64,000 nucleotides of DNA from Macrostomum lignano (Eukaryota), in contig NIVC01002657.1 of assembly GCA_002269645.1 (NCBI GenBank), forward strand, positions 88,175-152,174, in the 5' to 3' direction. The notes under the pieces were generated by a model. The model ran no database searches. It saw nothing but the letters and a program-made list of their open reading frames with translations, and was not told the DNA's origin. Both the position numbers and the translations under genes were made by a program. Every line of letters starts with the position of its first letter. Position 1 is the stretch's first letter. This document shows positions 31,601-44,500 of the stretch, piece after piece.

Positions 31601-34600
31601 GAGGCGATTGTAAGGTGTCTGAGGGGATTGTAAGGTGTCTAAGGCGATTGTAAGGTGTCTGAGGCGATTTTAAGGTGTCTGAGGCGATTACAAGGACTGG
31701 TGTCTGAGGCGATTCTAAGGTGTCTGAGGCGATTTTAAGGTGTCTGAGACGATTGTAAGGTGTCTGAGGGAATTGTAAGATGTCTGAGGGGATTGTAAGG
31801 TGTCTGAGGCGATTGTAAGGTGCCTGAGGGGATTTTAAGGTGTCTGAGGCGATTGTAAGGTGTCTGAGGCGATTGTAAGGTGTCTGAGAAAATAGTAAGG
31901 TGTCTGAGGAGACTGTAAGGTGCCTGAGGGGATTGTAAGGTGTCTGAGGCGATTGTAAGGGCTGGTGTCTGAGGCGATTGTAAGGTGTCTAAGGCGATTG
32001 TAAGGTGTCTGAGGGAATTGTAAGATGTCTGAGGGGATTGTAAGGTGTCTGAGAAAATAGTAAGGTGTCTGAGGAGACTGTAAGGTGCCTGAGGGGATTG
32101 TAAGGTGTCTGAGGCGATTGTAAGGTGTCTGAGGCGATTGTAAGGTGTCTGAGGCGATTGTAAGGTGCCTGAGAAAATAGTAAGGTGTCTGAGGAGACTG
32201 TAAGGTGCCTGAGGGGATTGTAAGGTGTCTGAGGCGATTGTAAGGTGTCTGAGGCGATTTTAAGGTGTCTGAGACGATTGTAAGGTGTCTGAGGGAATTG
32301 TAAGATGTCTGAGGGGATTGTAAGGTGTCTGAGGCGATTGTAAGGTGCCTGAGGGGATTTTAAGGTGTCTGAGGCGATTGTAAGGTGTCTGAGGCGATTG
32401 TAAGGTGTCTGAGGCGATTGTAAGGTGCCTGAGGGGATTGTAAGATGTCTGAGGGGATTGTAAGGTGTCTGAGGCGATTGTAAGGTGCCTGAGGGAATTG
32501 TAAGATGTCTGAGGGGATTGTAAGGTGTCTGAGGCGATTGTAAGGTGCCTGAGGGAATTGTAAGATGTCTGAGGGGATTGTAAGGTGTCTGAGGCGATTG
32601 TAAGGTGCCTGAGGGAATTGTAAGGTGCCTGAGGGGATTGTAAGGTGTCTGAGGCGATTGTAAGGGCTGGTGTCTGAGGCGATTGTAAGGTGTCTAAGGC
32701 GATTGTAAGGTGTCTGAGGGAATTGTAAGATGTCTGAGGGGATTGTAAGGTGTCTGAGGCGATTGTAAGGTGCCTGAGGGAATTGTAAGGTGCCTGAGGG
32801 GATTGTAAGGTGTCTGAGGCGATTGTAAGGGCTGGTGTCTGAGGCGATTGTAAGGTGTCTAAGGCGATTGTAAGGTGTCTGAGGGAATTGTAAGATGTCT
32901 GAGGGGATTGTAAGGTGTCTGAGAAAATAGTAAGGTGTCTGAGGAGACTGTAAGGTGCCTGAGGGGATTTTAAGGTGTCTGAGGCGATTGTAAGGTGTCT
33001 GAGGCGATTGTAAGGTGTCTGAGGCGATTGTAAGGTGCCTGAGGGAATTGTAAGATGTCTGAGGGGATTGTAAGGTGTCTGAGAAAATAGTAAGGTGTCT
33101 GAGGAGACTGTAAGGTGCCTGAGGGGATTGTAAGGTGTCTGAGGCGATTGTAAGGTGTCTGAGGCGATTGTAAGGTGCCTGAGGGAATTGTAAGATGTCT
33201 GAGGGGATTGTAAGGTGTCTGAGAAAATAGTAAGGTGTCTGAGGAGACTGTAAGGTGCCTGAGGGGATTTTAAGGTGTCTGAGGCGATTGTAAGGTGTCT
33301 GAGGCGATTGTAAGGTGTCTGAGGCGATTGTAAGGTGCCTGAGGGAATTGTAAGATGTCTGAGGGAATTGTAAGATGTCTGAGGGGATTGTAAGGTGTCT
33401 GAGGAGACTGTAAGGTGCCTGAGGGGATTGTAAGGGCTGGTGTCTGAGGCGATTGTAAGGTGTCTGAGGGGATTGTAAGGTGTCTGAGGCGATTGTAAGG
33501 TGTCTGAGACGATTGTAAGGTGTCTGAGGCGATTGTAAGGTGTCTGAGGCGATTGTAAGGTGTCTGAGGCGATTGTAAGGTGTCTGAGGGGATTGTAAGG
33601 TGTCTGAGGCGATTGTAAGGTGTCTGAGGCGATTTTAAGGTGTCTGAGGCGATTACAAGGACTGGTGTCTGAGGCGATTCTAAGGTGTCTGAGGCGATTT
33701 TAAGGTGTCTGAGACGATTGTAAGGTGTCTGAGGGAATTGTAAGATGTCTGAGGGGATTGTAAGGTGTCTGAGGCGATTGTAAGGTGCCTGAGGGGATTT
33801 TAAGGTGTCTGAGGCGATTGTAAGGTGTCTGAGGCGATTGTAAGGTGTCTGAGAAAATAGTAAGGTGTCTGAGGAGACTGTAAGGTGCCTGAGGGGATTG
33901 TAAGGTGTCTGAGGCGATTGTAAGGGCTGGTGTCTGAGGCGATTGTAAGGTGTCTAAGGCGATTGTAAGGTGTCTGAGGGAATTGTAAGATGTCTGAGGG
34001 GATTGTAAGGTGTCTGAGAAAATAGTAAGGTGTCTGAGGAGACTGTAAGGTGCCTGAGGGGATTGTAAGGTGTCTGAGGCGATTTTAAGGTGTCTGAGGC
34101 GATTGTAAGGTGTCTGAGGCGATTGTAAGGTGCCTGAGAAAATAGTAAGGTGTCTGAGGAGACTGTAAGGTGCCTGAGGGGATTGTAAGGTGTCTGAGGC
34201 GATTGTAAGGTGTCTGAGGCGACTTTAAGGTGTCTGAGACGATTGTAAGGTGTCTGAGGGAATTGTAAGATGTCTGAGGGGATTGTAAGGTGTCTGAGGC
34301 GATTGTAAGGTGCCTGAGGGGATTTTAAGGTGTCTGAGGCGATTGTAAGGTGTCTGAGGCGATTGTAAGGTGTCTGAGGCGATTGTAAGGTGCCTGAGGG
34401 GATTGTAAGATGTCTGAGGGGATTGTAAGGTGTCTGAGGCGATTGTAAGGTGCCTGAGGGAATTGTAAGATGTCTGAGGGGATTGTAAGGTGTCTGAGAA
34501 AATAGTAAGGTGTCTGAGGAGACTGTAAGGTGCCTGAGGGGATTGTAAGGTGTCTGAGGCGATTGTAAGGGCTGGTGTCTGAGGCGATTGTAAGGTGTCT

Positions 34601-36435
34601 AAGGCGATTGTAAGGTGTCTGAGGGAATTGTAAGATGTCTGAGGGGATTGTAAGGTGTCTGAGAAAATAGTAAGGTGTCTGAGGAGACTGTAAGGTGCCT
34701 GAGGGGATTTTAAGGTGTCTGAGGCGATTGTAAGGTGTCTGAGGCGATTGTAAGGTGTCTGAGGCGATTGTAAGGTGCCTGAGGGAATTGTAAGATGTCT
34801 GAGGGGATTGTAAGGTGTCTGAGGGGATTGTAAGGTGTCTGAGAAAATAGTAAGGTGTCTGAGGAGACTGTAAGGTGCCTGAGGGGATTTTAAGGTGTCT
34901 GAGGCGATTGTAAGGTGTCTGAGGCGATTGTAAGGTGTCTGAGGCGATTGTAAGGTGCCTGAGGGAATTGTAAGATGTCTGAGGGAATTGTAAGATGTCT
35001 GAGGGGATTGTAAGGTGTCTGAGGAGACTGTAAGGTGCCTGAGGGGATTGTAAGGTGTCTGAGGCGATTGTAAGGGCTGGTGTCTGAGGCGATTGTAAGG
35101 TGTCTAAGGCGATTGTAAGGGCTGGTGTCTGAGGCGATTGTAAGGTGTCTGAGGGAATTGTAAGGTGTCTGAGGAGACTGTAAGGTGCCTGAGGGGATTG
35201 TAAGGTGTCTGAGGCGATTGAAAGGTGTCTGAGGAGACTGTAAGGTGTCTGAGGGGATTTTAAGGTGTCTGAAGAGATTGGAAGGTGTCTGAGACGACTG
35301 AAGCGATTGAGGAGAATGCCTCACCAGCTTATTAGCATCCCCATCGATTCCAACGCCAAACTTGAACACAGTGCGATCCGCCAAGAAGGCCTCCAGCTGA
35401 GGCGGCACAACGGTGAGCCGCTGCACCCGAATGAGCAGAGCGCGCCCGTCATCAGTGGCCAGCTGCAGCAGTGCCAGCTGACCAACTTCCCCAAATTCAT
35501 TTTGCCAGCGCCATTCGCAGTCGAGGCCGCAGTAGCCTAATTGACGAGCGCGCGATTCGAACTCCGGCCAATGCTCCGCTAAGCTGGCATCGGAATCGAT
35601 AATGGTAGCACAGGGAGCCGACTGATCGGCAACTTTCTGCGGTTATTATTATTAAGCTTGATTTTATTCCATTTTTACTATAAGTAGTGCAGTTGATACA
35701 ATACAAAAATTGTTTATTCAAAATTTTCTATTTTACACTTCACAGTTCTCAATGAGCTTCTTAGAAATCGATTTTTCAATTTTATGTCGCTAGCCGTACG
35801 GGCCAATTGTAATGCGTAAGCGCTGCAAATGCACTGCATATTTCTATTTGTAGATTGCATTGTCTACTTGGGGTGGAGTAGTTGAAGAATATCAATCATA
35901 AAAAACTGACGCGTTGTTTGTGTGTATGCATATGTATGCAATGTAACTTCTCCCAGGCTACTTGCAACTCAGCGTTGAAATCAATCATAAAAATTACCTA
36001 AACAGCCAAATTTTCATGCATGTACTTCAAAACTATAAATCTTCCATCTGACACTACGAGCCAAAATTCAATTAATGGTTCTTTTTAGCGATTTGAGGAT
36101 TTCAGATCCCAGCCCTCGGATTCCGCTCATTCCCTGCCTTCAAATCCATGGACAGAGCTGTGTTGTGTCATCATTTCGAGGGCGCCACCACTCATAAACC
36201 ATAGTGGCCCGCAAAATCATAGAATAGCAGGTATGGATTTGAAGCGCCATCGTACCTTGTACTTGTGCTTTCGCAGCTCGACATTGCGGCTCAGCAGTGT
36301 CTCATTAGTCACCCGCTGTTGACGTTTTCGACGAAGCAGAGCGAAGCAGACAAGCAGAGTCGCAGCCGTTGCTAAGGGCACAGCTAATCTTACAGCATTG
36401 CGCAGTGTTGCGTAAGAAGCCAGCCTTTCGGACAT
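25666..36435 (-). CDS. EXD2: Exonuclease 3'-5' domain-containing protein 2, 5 exons, 594 aa
   Basis: Exons 36435-36256, 35636-35325, 29614-29148, 28811-28472, 26151-25666 join in frame. N-terminal TM anchor; DEDDy motifs GLDCEW, GDANKL, YSALDA; PLYHNCQMLAPD..RKADWY, CVVCG, SHDILLLCGRCH, LERRWRDHFLTSMKPKYLP..WSVEH match EXD2. Confidence 0.95.
26152..28385. repeat. 17-bp minisatellite (CTCACTGTGACATGATC) filling EXD2 intron 4
   Basis: About 130 copies; near-perfect at 26160-26460, with variant units further right. Confidence 0.97.
28826..29095. repeat. 45-bp repeat of two GGGCGATT subunits in EXD2 intron 3
   Basis: GTGAGGGCGATTTTAGAGGCGGTTTGGGGGCGATTTCTCAAGGT, ~5 copies. Confidence 0.9.
29680..35310. 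repeat. 20-bp minisatellite (GAGGCGATTGTAAGGTGTCT), ~5.6 kb, filling EXD2 intron 2
   Basis: About 280 copies, with variant units recurring in fixed order. Confidence 0.98.
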
Positions 36436-37044
36436 GGTCCGGCATGAATCGATGCAACGGATAGAGGATGAACTTCTTAAATCAGCAAAGTGAAGTTATG
36501 GACAACTAAACAGGGACCATTTCCATTTCCTGGAAAAAACTCTGCAATGATTGCATTTGATCTGGGGCAGTGAAGATTACCATTTGTTGAAGGTTGAAAT
36601 TACTCACAGGGGAAGTTTTGCAGGAAACTGGCCTTCAAAAATTACACATTCTTCGAGTTTTACATCCTATTATACTATAGTAATCCTTAGAGTAAACTAA
36701 GTGATTCATGACTGTAAGCTTCTTTAACTTAATTTTGAATGAATTTTAGTGACTTGCTATATATTTATAATTTTATTTACACAAGAAGAATGTATTGAAT
36801 ACGTATATACCAGTATTTGAAGAACAATTAACAGGCGTATACCTTGCTGGGTTAGCAAAAATCTACAGTAAGTTTTAAAGAATATGATGTGCATATTTTA
36901 CGAATAGATATACATTTAAATAATTAATATGAAATTGCAAAGCGATACTACAAGCGGTTAGTAGTAGATTAGTCTTTTAAGCTAATTTTATTCATTTGTC
37001 ATTATTTTTAAACAACAAATTCAATGATTTTCTATTATAAACTT

Positions 37045-37662
37045 AATGCAACAAAGGCTCACTAGATCAGCAACAAAGAGTCACTGGTTCAGCAACAAAG
37101 AGTCACTGGATCAACAACAAAGAGCCACTGGATGAGCAACAAAGAGACATTGGTTCAGCAACAAAGAGTCACTGGTTCAGCAACAAAGAGCCACTGGATC
37201 AGCAACAAAGAGCAACTGGATCAGCAACAAAGAGCAACTGGATCAGCAACAAAGAGCTACTGGATCAGCAACAAAGAGCAACTGGATCAGCAACAAAGAG
37301 CAACTGGATCAGCAACAAAGAGCAACTGGATCAGCAACAAAGAGCAACTGGATCAGCAACAAAGAGCAACTGGATCAGCAACAAAGAGCTACTGGATCAG
37401 CAACAAAGAGTCACTGAATCAGCAACAAAGAGCAACTGGATCAGCAACAAAGAGTCACTGGTTCAGCAACAAAGAGCAACTGGATCAGCAACAAAGAGCT
37501 ACTGGATCAGCAACAAAGTGTCACTGAATCAGCAACAAAGAGCAACTGGATCAGCAACAAAGAGCTACTGGATCAGCAACAAAGTGTCACTGAATCAGCA
37601 ACAAAGAGCAACTGGATCAGCAACAAAGAGCTACTGGATCAGCAACAAAGAGTCACTGGATC
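37045..37662. repeat. 22-bp minisatellite (CAGCAACAAAGAGCAACTGGAT) in the FAM50-EXD2 spacer
   Basis: About 28 copies starting ~100 bp beyond the FAM50 stop. Confidence 0.95.
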
Positions 37663-37758
37663 AATGACTCAATGCAACAAAGAGCCAAGTAACGCATATT
37701 TATGAATATTAAAATTTTTACAATACACAACGAGCGACAAAACGACAAATCTCTCACA

Positions 37759-39349
37759 CTATTTAACATTAATAACATTGGCAGTCTTGAGCGAAGCGGG
37801 CAAACTATCCCAATTTTTAGTTGGATCAAAGGGCTCCCATCGGCAGGCCGGGAAGATGTGCTTATTCCTATCGTACCAGCTCCGCATGCACACCTTGCCA
37901 GCGTGGGTCTCCTGGCTAGGCTTGGCCGTGTCAACTGTTAGCCGAACGTCCTGCTTAACGTCGAACAGGTACAGCGGGCCGCTCTTGCCCCTGGCCTGAC
38001 TGGTGATGAGGTCTAGAAAGGCGACGTGATGCGGCAATATCGTATCCTCTTTAATAAACATCAATTGATCTTCGCTGATGCTGCGCAACTCTTGAAATTC
38101 TTTGCGCAATTGTTCCAATACTTTGCGCAGAAACTGCCCGATAGTGTTGCCCTTGGTAACGGTGACGCTGCGCCTGTGACCGGAGCCGTCCCAATAGCTG
38201 TACACCACTTCCATCTCTTCGGCTCGGAGACGGGCCTGGCTCTCTTGCCACTCCTGTTCGAGCTGTTGGCGGAGTCGACGCTCCTCGGCCTCGCGGTCAA
38301 TGTCCGGCAGGAACCAGGTGTCCACCTGCGGGTCCTTGCCGAACCGTCGCCTGCGCTTCTCCTCTTTTCTCTGCTCCTCGGCGACTTCATCCTGTGAGTC
38401 TTTGTCTTGGCGCGAATCTGAGTTGTCGCATTCTGATTGGCTATCGGATTTCTCGGCGCGTTTGTCTGAGTCTTTGTTTAACTTGGGCTTCTGAAATGGG
38501 AAGTCAGACAGTGGGGGGATTAAATTTTGCTTTATCACTGGGAGAATGGGGATAGATGGGCAGCTTCATCACTGGGAGAATGGGGATAATGAAGCAGTTT
38601 TATTATTGAGAGAATGGGATTAAATTAGCAGCTTCATCACTGGGAGAATGGGATTAAATAAGCAGCTTCATCATTGGGAGAATGGGATTAAATGAGCAGC
38701 TTCATCATTGCGAGAATGGGAATAAATAAGCATCTTCATCAATGGGAGAATGCAGGAATAAATGAGCAGCTTCATCACTGAGAGAATGGGGTAAATAAGC
38801 ATCTTCATCAATGGGAGAATGCAGGAATAAATGAGCAGCTTTATCACTGGGAGAATGGGATTAAATAAGCAGCTTCAACACTGGGAGAATGGGACAGCGG
38901 AGCGCACTTACATATTGCCGATCCTCAGGTGCCTGGTTGGATTCCTCTTCATCATCCTCCTCAGCATCTTCATCTCCATCGAAATCAAACGACAGAGCCC
39001 CAGTTTTCCTTTGCGATTGCTCTTTAGCGGCCAACTCCTCCGTTCGAGACTTCTTACCGCCAGCCTGACTACTAGATGCGGCAGCCTCAGCTTCTCGAGC
39101 CCGTTTCAATCGGTCCTGATGCCGCTTCATCTCGTCCAGGGTCACCAAGCCGACAGTGGATTCTCCAAGCGACTGATCGGCAAAGGAAGCTCCCGTATGA
39201 GTAGAAAATTTGTTTTTAATTTCGCCAATTCGCATCTCGGATTCCAAGCGCAGTTTGGCCAAGTCTAATTCGCGACGGTCTTTTTCGCGTTGCCGCTGCA
39301 GCTGCATGGCTCGCTGGGCTTCTTGGGCGGCGCCTTTGAAGAATGCCAT
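37759..39349 (-). CDS. FAM50A: FAM50/XAP5 family nuclear protein, 2 exons, 389 aa
   Basis: Exons 39349-38912 and 38490-37759 (phase 0). [74 protein letters not shown] are diagnostic. The symbol denotes the family; A/B orthology is not resolvable. Confidence 0.95.
38535..38895. repeat. ~34-bp repeat in the FAM50 intron
   Basis: GCAGCTTCATCACTGGGAGAATGGGATTAAAT(G)A, ~10 copies. Confidence 0.9.
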
Positions 39350-39469
39350 GCTGATTGGCTGCCGGTTAGCTGTTCAGTGCTGCAATGTACGAAGGTTGGG
39401 GAGATCTTTGACATTTCTTAGGAGCTCTACTCAGGATAGTCAAGGGGCGATTCTTGGAAATGTATAAGG

Positions 39470-40335
39470 GCTATTCTTGGGAATGTCTAGGGGCGATTTT
39501 CGGGAATGTCTATGGAGATTCTCGGGAATGTCTAGGGGCGATTCTCGGAAATGTCTAGGGGAGATTCTCGGGAATGTCTAGGGGCGATTCTCGGAAATGT
39601 CTAGGGGAGATTCTCGGGAATGTCTAGGGGCGATTCTCGGAAATGTCTAGGGACGATTGTCGGGAATGTCTAGGGGCGATTCTCGGAAATGTCTAGGGGA
39701 GATTCTCGGGAATGTCTAGGGGCGATTCTCGGAAATGTCTAGGGACGATTCTCGGGAATGTCTAGGGGCGATTCTCGGAAATGTCTAGGGACGATTCTCG
39801 GAAATGTCTAGGGACGATTGTCGGGAATATCTAGGGGCGATTCTCGGAAATGTCTAGGGGAGATTCTCGGGAATGTCTAGGGGCGATTCTCGGAAATGTC
39901 TAGGGACGATTGTCGGGAATGTCTAGGGGCGATTCTCGGAAATGTCTAGGGGAGATTCTCGGGAATGTCTAGGGGCGATTCTCGGAAATGTCTAGGGACG
40001 ATTGTCGGGAATGTATAGGAGCGATTGTCGGGAATGTATAGGGGCGATTCTACGCAATGACTAGGGGCGATTCTCGGGAATGTCTAGGGGAGATTCTCGG
40101 GAATGTCTAGGGGCGATTCTCGGAAATGTCTAGGGACGATTGTCGGGAATGTCTAGGGGCGATTCTCGGAAATGTCTAGGGGAGATTCTCGGGAATGTCT
40201 AGGGGCGATTCTCGGAAATGTCTAGGGACGATTGTCGGGAATGTATAGGAGCGATTGTCGGGAATGTATAGGGGCGATTCTACGCAATGACTAGGGGCGA
40301 TTCTCGGGAATGTCTAGGGGCGATTCTTGGGAATA
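39470..40335. repeat. 23-bp minisatellite (TCTAGGGGCGATTCTCGGGAATG) upstream of FAM50
   Basis: About 37 copies; same family as 41845-42540. Confidence 0.95.
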
Positions 40336-41561
40336 TCCAGGTGTGGTTTTCAAAAATGCTGAGGGGTGATTCTCACACTCTTGATACTGTCTAGGAATAA
40401 GTTAATCTGATGTCTAGGAGCGATTTATTAGTACTACCTCAGATCGATTTTATATGTTTCTTTTATACAAAACTACGAAAAAAAGCAAAAAGGCAAAGAC
40501 GAAACGAATTTCAAAACGTGCTGATGGGATTGCAAAGAAGAAAAACACAAGAAGAAAAACGCGCAGCAAACGTAGGTAGCGCTTATTTTTTAAATTTAAT
40601 CTTGCATCAATACCGATATCAGCGATTGAAACTTGATCCAATTAACTTAGTTAACAGCCGAAACCAATAAAAATTGAATATTGCTTTTTTTGCTACACAA
40701 AGTTAATCAAAAATCAAAAACCAGACCAATGATTTATTGCCAGATAGACTAGAATCTACGAGTATTATATAAAAAATACAATTTAACGATGCTTTAAGCG
40801 CCAGTACTTTCTTTTAAATTCGATTGTATAAAGATAACAACCTCACAGTTCAGAACTCACCTGTTGATATTGAATATAAACAAGCTGTGATTAAATCAAG
40901 CTCAAAATAAATGACACAAAACACTAAGTGACCGCGGTTCTAAATAATTCTTACACAGAAAGGAAATATAGATATAAATAATAAAAAACTGTTTTGATCT
41001 AAATTGCCGATTGTATAAATATTACTAATAGTAATAGGTGAATTTATTAATTATTGATTTGTCAATTGCAAATCATTGAAATCAATCGCTGGCATGCCGA
41101 CACTGCAAACGCATGCAGTAAACCGCTAAATAAATGACTAAAGCGGAACTGATAATCAACACTTTGATTTAACAAAAAAAACGATTAAACAAATTAAAAC
41201 AAATCAAAGGTACAAAGTTTCTTGTGACGATTGAATTAATCAAAGACACTTAGCACAACAGTTGGGTCTTTCGAATGAGACAAGAGAGAGTAATAAAGAG
41301 ACAAACTGAAAAAAACTTGAACAATGAGTAAACACACAGATTTCATTTATAATTCTGTTAATATCAAAGTGAAATTGTTTGAGGAAGCAAAAAAAGCATT
41401 TAGCGCAACAGGGAAAACAACGAATTATAATGTTCGTTTATCGGTAAAGGTTAAATAAGCTTAGAAGAGAAAACACAATGTGAAGACCATGCGCTAACTG
41501 CTCTACTAGTAAGTGGCAGTAGTAGCATTTTGTTGGATTTTTATGCTGTAAAACAAACTTT

Positions 41562-44500
41562 TTAAAGTTCCTCGTGCCTGCCCAGAGCTTCGCCAAAGTC
41601 GGTGGCCTGGCTGCCAACAAACACATCGTATTTGTCCATGATCTCCTGGCGGCTGAGCCGGCCGTCTTTGTCCGTGTCGGCCTGGCTCATCAGGTGGCGA
41701 GTCTCCGCTTCAACGTGATTGTAGTCTTCTGGCACAATCCAACTGGCGATCTGGTTAAGTTACGGCTTTTATATTGGTCATTTACTGCATCCAATCTGGG
41801 TCTTCGTTCGGCTGGTTTTTAAGAGTTTCAAAAGTTTATTGGTAATGTCTAGGGGCGATTCTTGAGAATGTCTAGGGGCGATTCTTGAGAATGTCTAGGG
41901 GCGATTCTTGTGAATGTCTACGGGCGATTCGTAGGAATGTCTGGGGGCAATTCTTGGGAATGTCTAGGGCGATTTTTGGGAATGCCTAGGGGCGATTATT
42001 GAGAATGTCTAGGGGCGATTGTTGAGAATGTCTAGGGGCGATTCTTGGGAATGTCTAGGGGCGATTCTTGAGAATGTCTAGGGGCGATTCTTGTGAATGT
42101 CTACGGGCGATTCGTAGGAATGTCTGGGGGCAATTCTTGGGAATGTCTAGGGCGATTTTTGGGAATGCCTAGGGGCGATTATTGAGAATGTCTAGGGGCG
42201 ATTGTTGAGAATGTCTAGGGGCGATTCTTGGGAATGTCTAGGGGCGATTCTTGAAAAATCTAGGGGGGATTCTTGAAAATGTCTACGGGCGATTCTGGGG
42301 AATGTCTAGGGGCGATTCTTGGAAATGTCTAGGGGCGATTCTTGAGAATGTTTAGGGGGCAATTTTTGAAAATGTCTACGAGCGATTTTTGGGAATGTCT
42401 AGAGGCGATTTTTAAAAATGTCTAGGGGCGATTCTTGACGATGTCTAGGGGCGATTCTTGACGATGTCTAGGGGCGATTCTTGGGAATGTCTAGGGGCGA
42501 TTCTTGAGAATATCTAGGGGCCGATTCTTAGGAATGTCTAGGGCACTACACAGTCGATATTTTACAATGATAAAAGAACAAAGACTGTGACGATCCTTTA
42601 CCTCAGCCTGATCCAATCTACCATCTTTATTCTTATCGCGAACGTTGCTAAACGTTTCCCGCTCAGTCTTGACCCAGTCGGGCTCCTGCTCCCCAGCGCT
42701 GGGCGTCCACATATCGGCAATGTATTCGTTGATATCGACTCCGCCGTCTTTGTCTTTGTCCATGTCTTCAAGGGTCTCTAGGCCAACTAGTTCGCGCATG
42801 TGCGGCGCCTCCTCCGGATGGGTGAAGTCGGTGAACTCGGCTAGGCTGAGCATGCCGTCACCGTCGCGGTCGGCGCGTTGCCAACGACGCTGGTCTCTGC
42901 GCGATAAATTTGTTTGTGTAAATAATTAACATATTTGATTCTACTTGTCAACGGGCAGATGTGCAACCGACAGCTCAACCGCAGATAATGCTGGCACCCA
43001 TTTTTATAGAATTTTAAAATTAAGCGTCTTGCTTAAGGACACAAATTGTTCCGACGAGTGGATCGAGAATCGAACCCCCGACTTGTCAGTCGTAGGTCCG
43101 AGTCGAGTCTCGGTGCTCGCGTTGTAGTTGTCACGACGGACGACAAACAGCGCGGAACGCGATATGAGGCTTACATTTGAATCGAAAGGGTCCGTCTATA
43201 CCAGTCGTATGCTGAGGCCAAGCGAAATGAGCGCACATGTGCTCATTTACCCACGGTACCGACGCCTAAACCGTGTCCGCAATGTGCGTCTTTACGTTGT
43301 CGCCCTGGCTAAGCGAGATGGTGCCTACAAAACTCTAGAAGAAGAACTTCGAAAGAGTAAGCACGAGCGAGAGGAGCTTGCGTTGCGACTTGAAAGTGCC
43401 CGTGATCAACGGCGTCAATTGACGCAGCAGAGCGCATTAACGCTGTAACGCAAGCGACTGGACTACAGACTTCGGCGACGGAAGCGTGCGCTGCGCCTAC
43501 ACCCGGTGCAACTTGCACTGAGGCTGCGACGTCAGTAGCTTCGATTTCGGAAGATGACCGGCAGGTTTTCATTGACAACTCATTGATGAGCTCGTGGACC
43601 CAGCCGTCACTATTGACGACATTCTGGCCGACAATAACGAAGCACTTAGATGCTACGGTAAGCTAGTAATAGCCCTTCGTTTATGATCGCGCACATAATC
43701 TATTGATAATCAAATGCTCTCCAATCCTTAAATAAGACACCTCTGCAGCCAGTCGGTTTCGCCTTTACGTCCAACCTCGCCCGGACCAGGGTCACTGCCC
43801 GAGTAAATATCTATAAAGATTCGAGGACTCCGGCCGACCTCAGTGCTCTTCTCTGCGAGATGGTGCGAGGGTGCTTTAGCGACAACGAGCTGTTAGTAAA
43901 GTCGTTGCGTGGTCGCGCTACTGAGCCTGGTCGGCCGCGCCTGCCAGTGGACACGCGGCGTTTACAGGCCATTATCGACTACCTTGCTAGAGTCGACATC
44001 GCAACCAGCCTGAAAGCTGTTGAAAAGGCCTACGTCCGCTGCACCATTACCGTCAGTCGACGTGAAAAGCGGTCCGGACGTTTGCCTGTCAAGAAGCCTT
44101 GACAAGGTGCGTCTGTCGGTGTCACTGACACTGTACAGTCGGAGGCGACCAGTGCATCTCGCGAGGACTGACCGGTATCTGTTGCTTCCAGCATAACAAT
44201 TGGCCTATACGGGACTGATCTTGGCATGTTTTTCCTATGCCTATAGGGTTTTCACCTGCAAATCTGCTCCTTCACACAAAAAGCAACCAACTACACCATT
44301 ATGGATCGTAAAAGACTAGCACCATGAATCAGGCCTGGTGTCTTGCAGGCACACTGGCATCTCACCTGATTGCTGACGTCAATAACGTCATGCAATAAAA
44401 AAAGTAATAGGGGTTTTGCTCTACGTTCTGCTTCTGCATGTTTTTTCACATGCTTACTTTTTAATTGTTTGTTAATTACCTGTTTATATCCCTTTCGGTT

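Noticed and set aside
34890-35426. 178-aa ORF with a SPQTP repeat tail
   Set aside because: Read-through of EXD2 exon 2 past its donor (35325) into the minisatellite.
37132-37527. QQQRATGS repeat ORF
   Set aside because: Stop-free frame of the 22-bp spacer minisatellite; no unique coding flanks.
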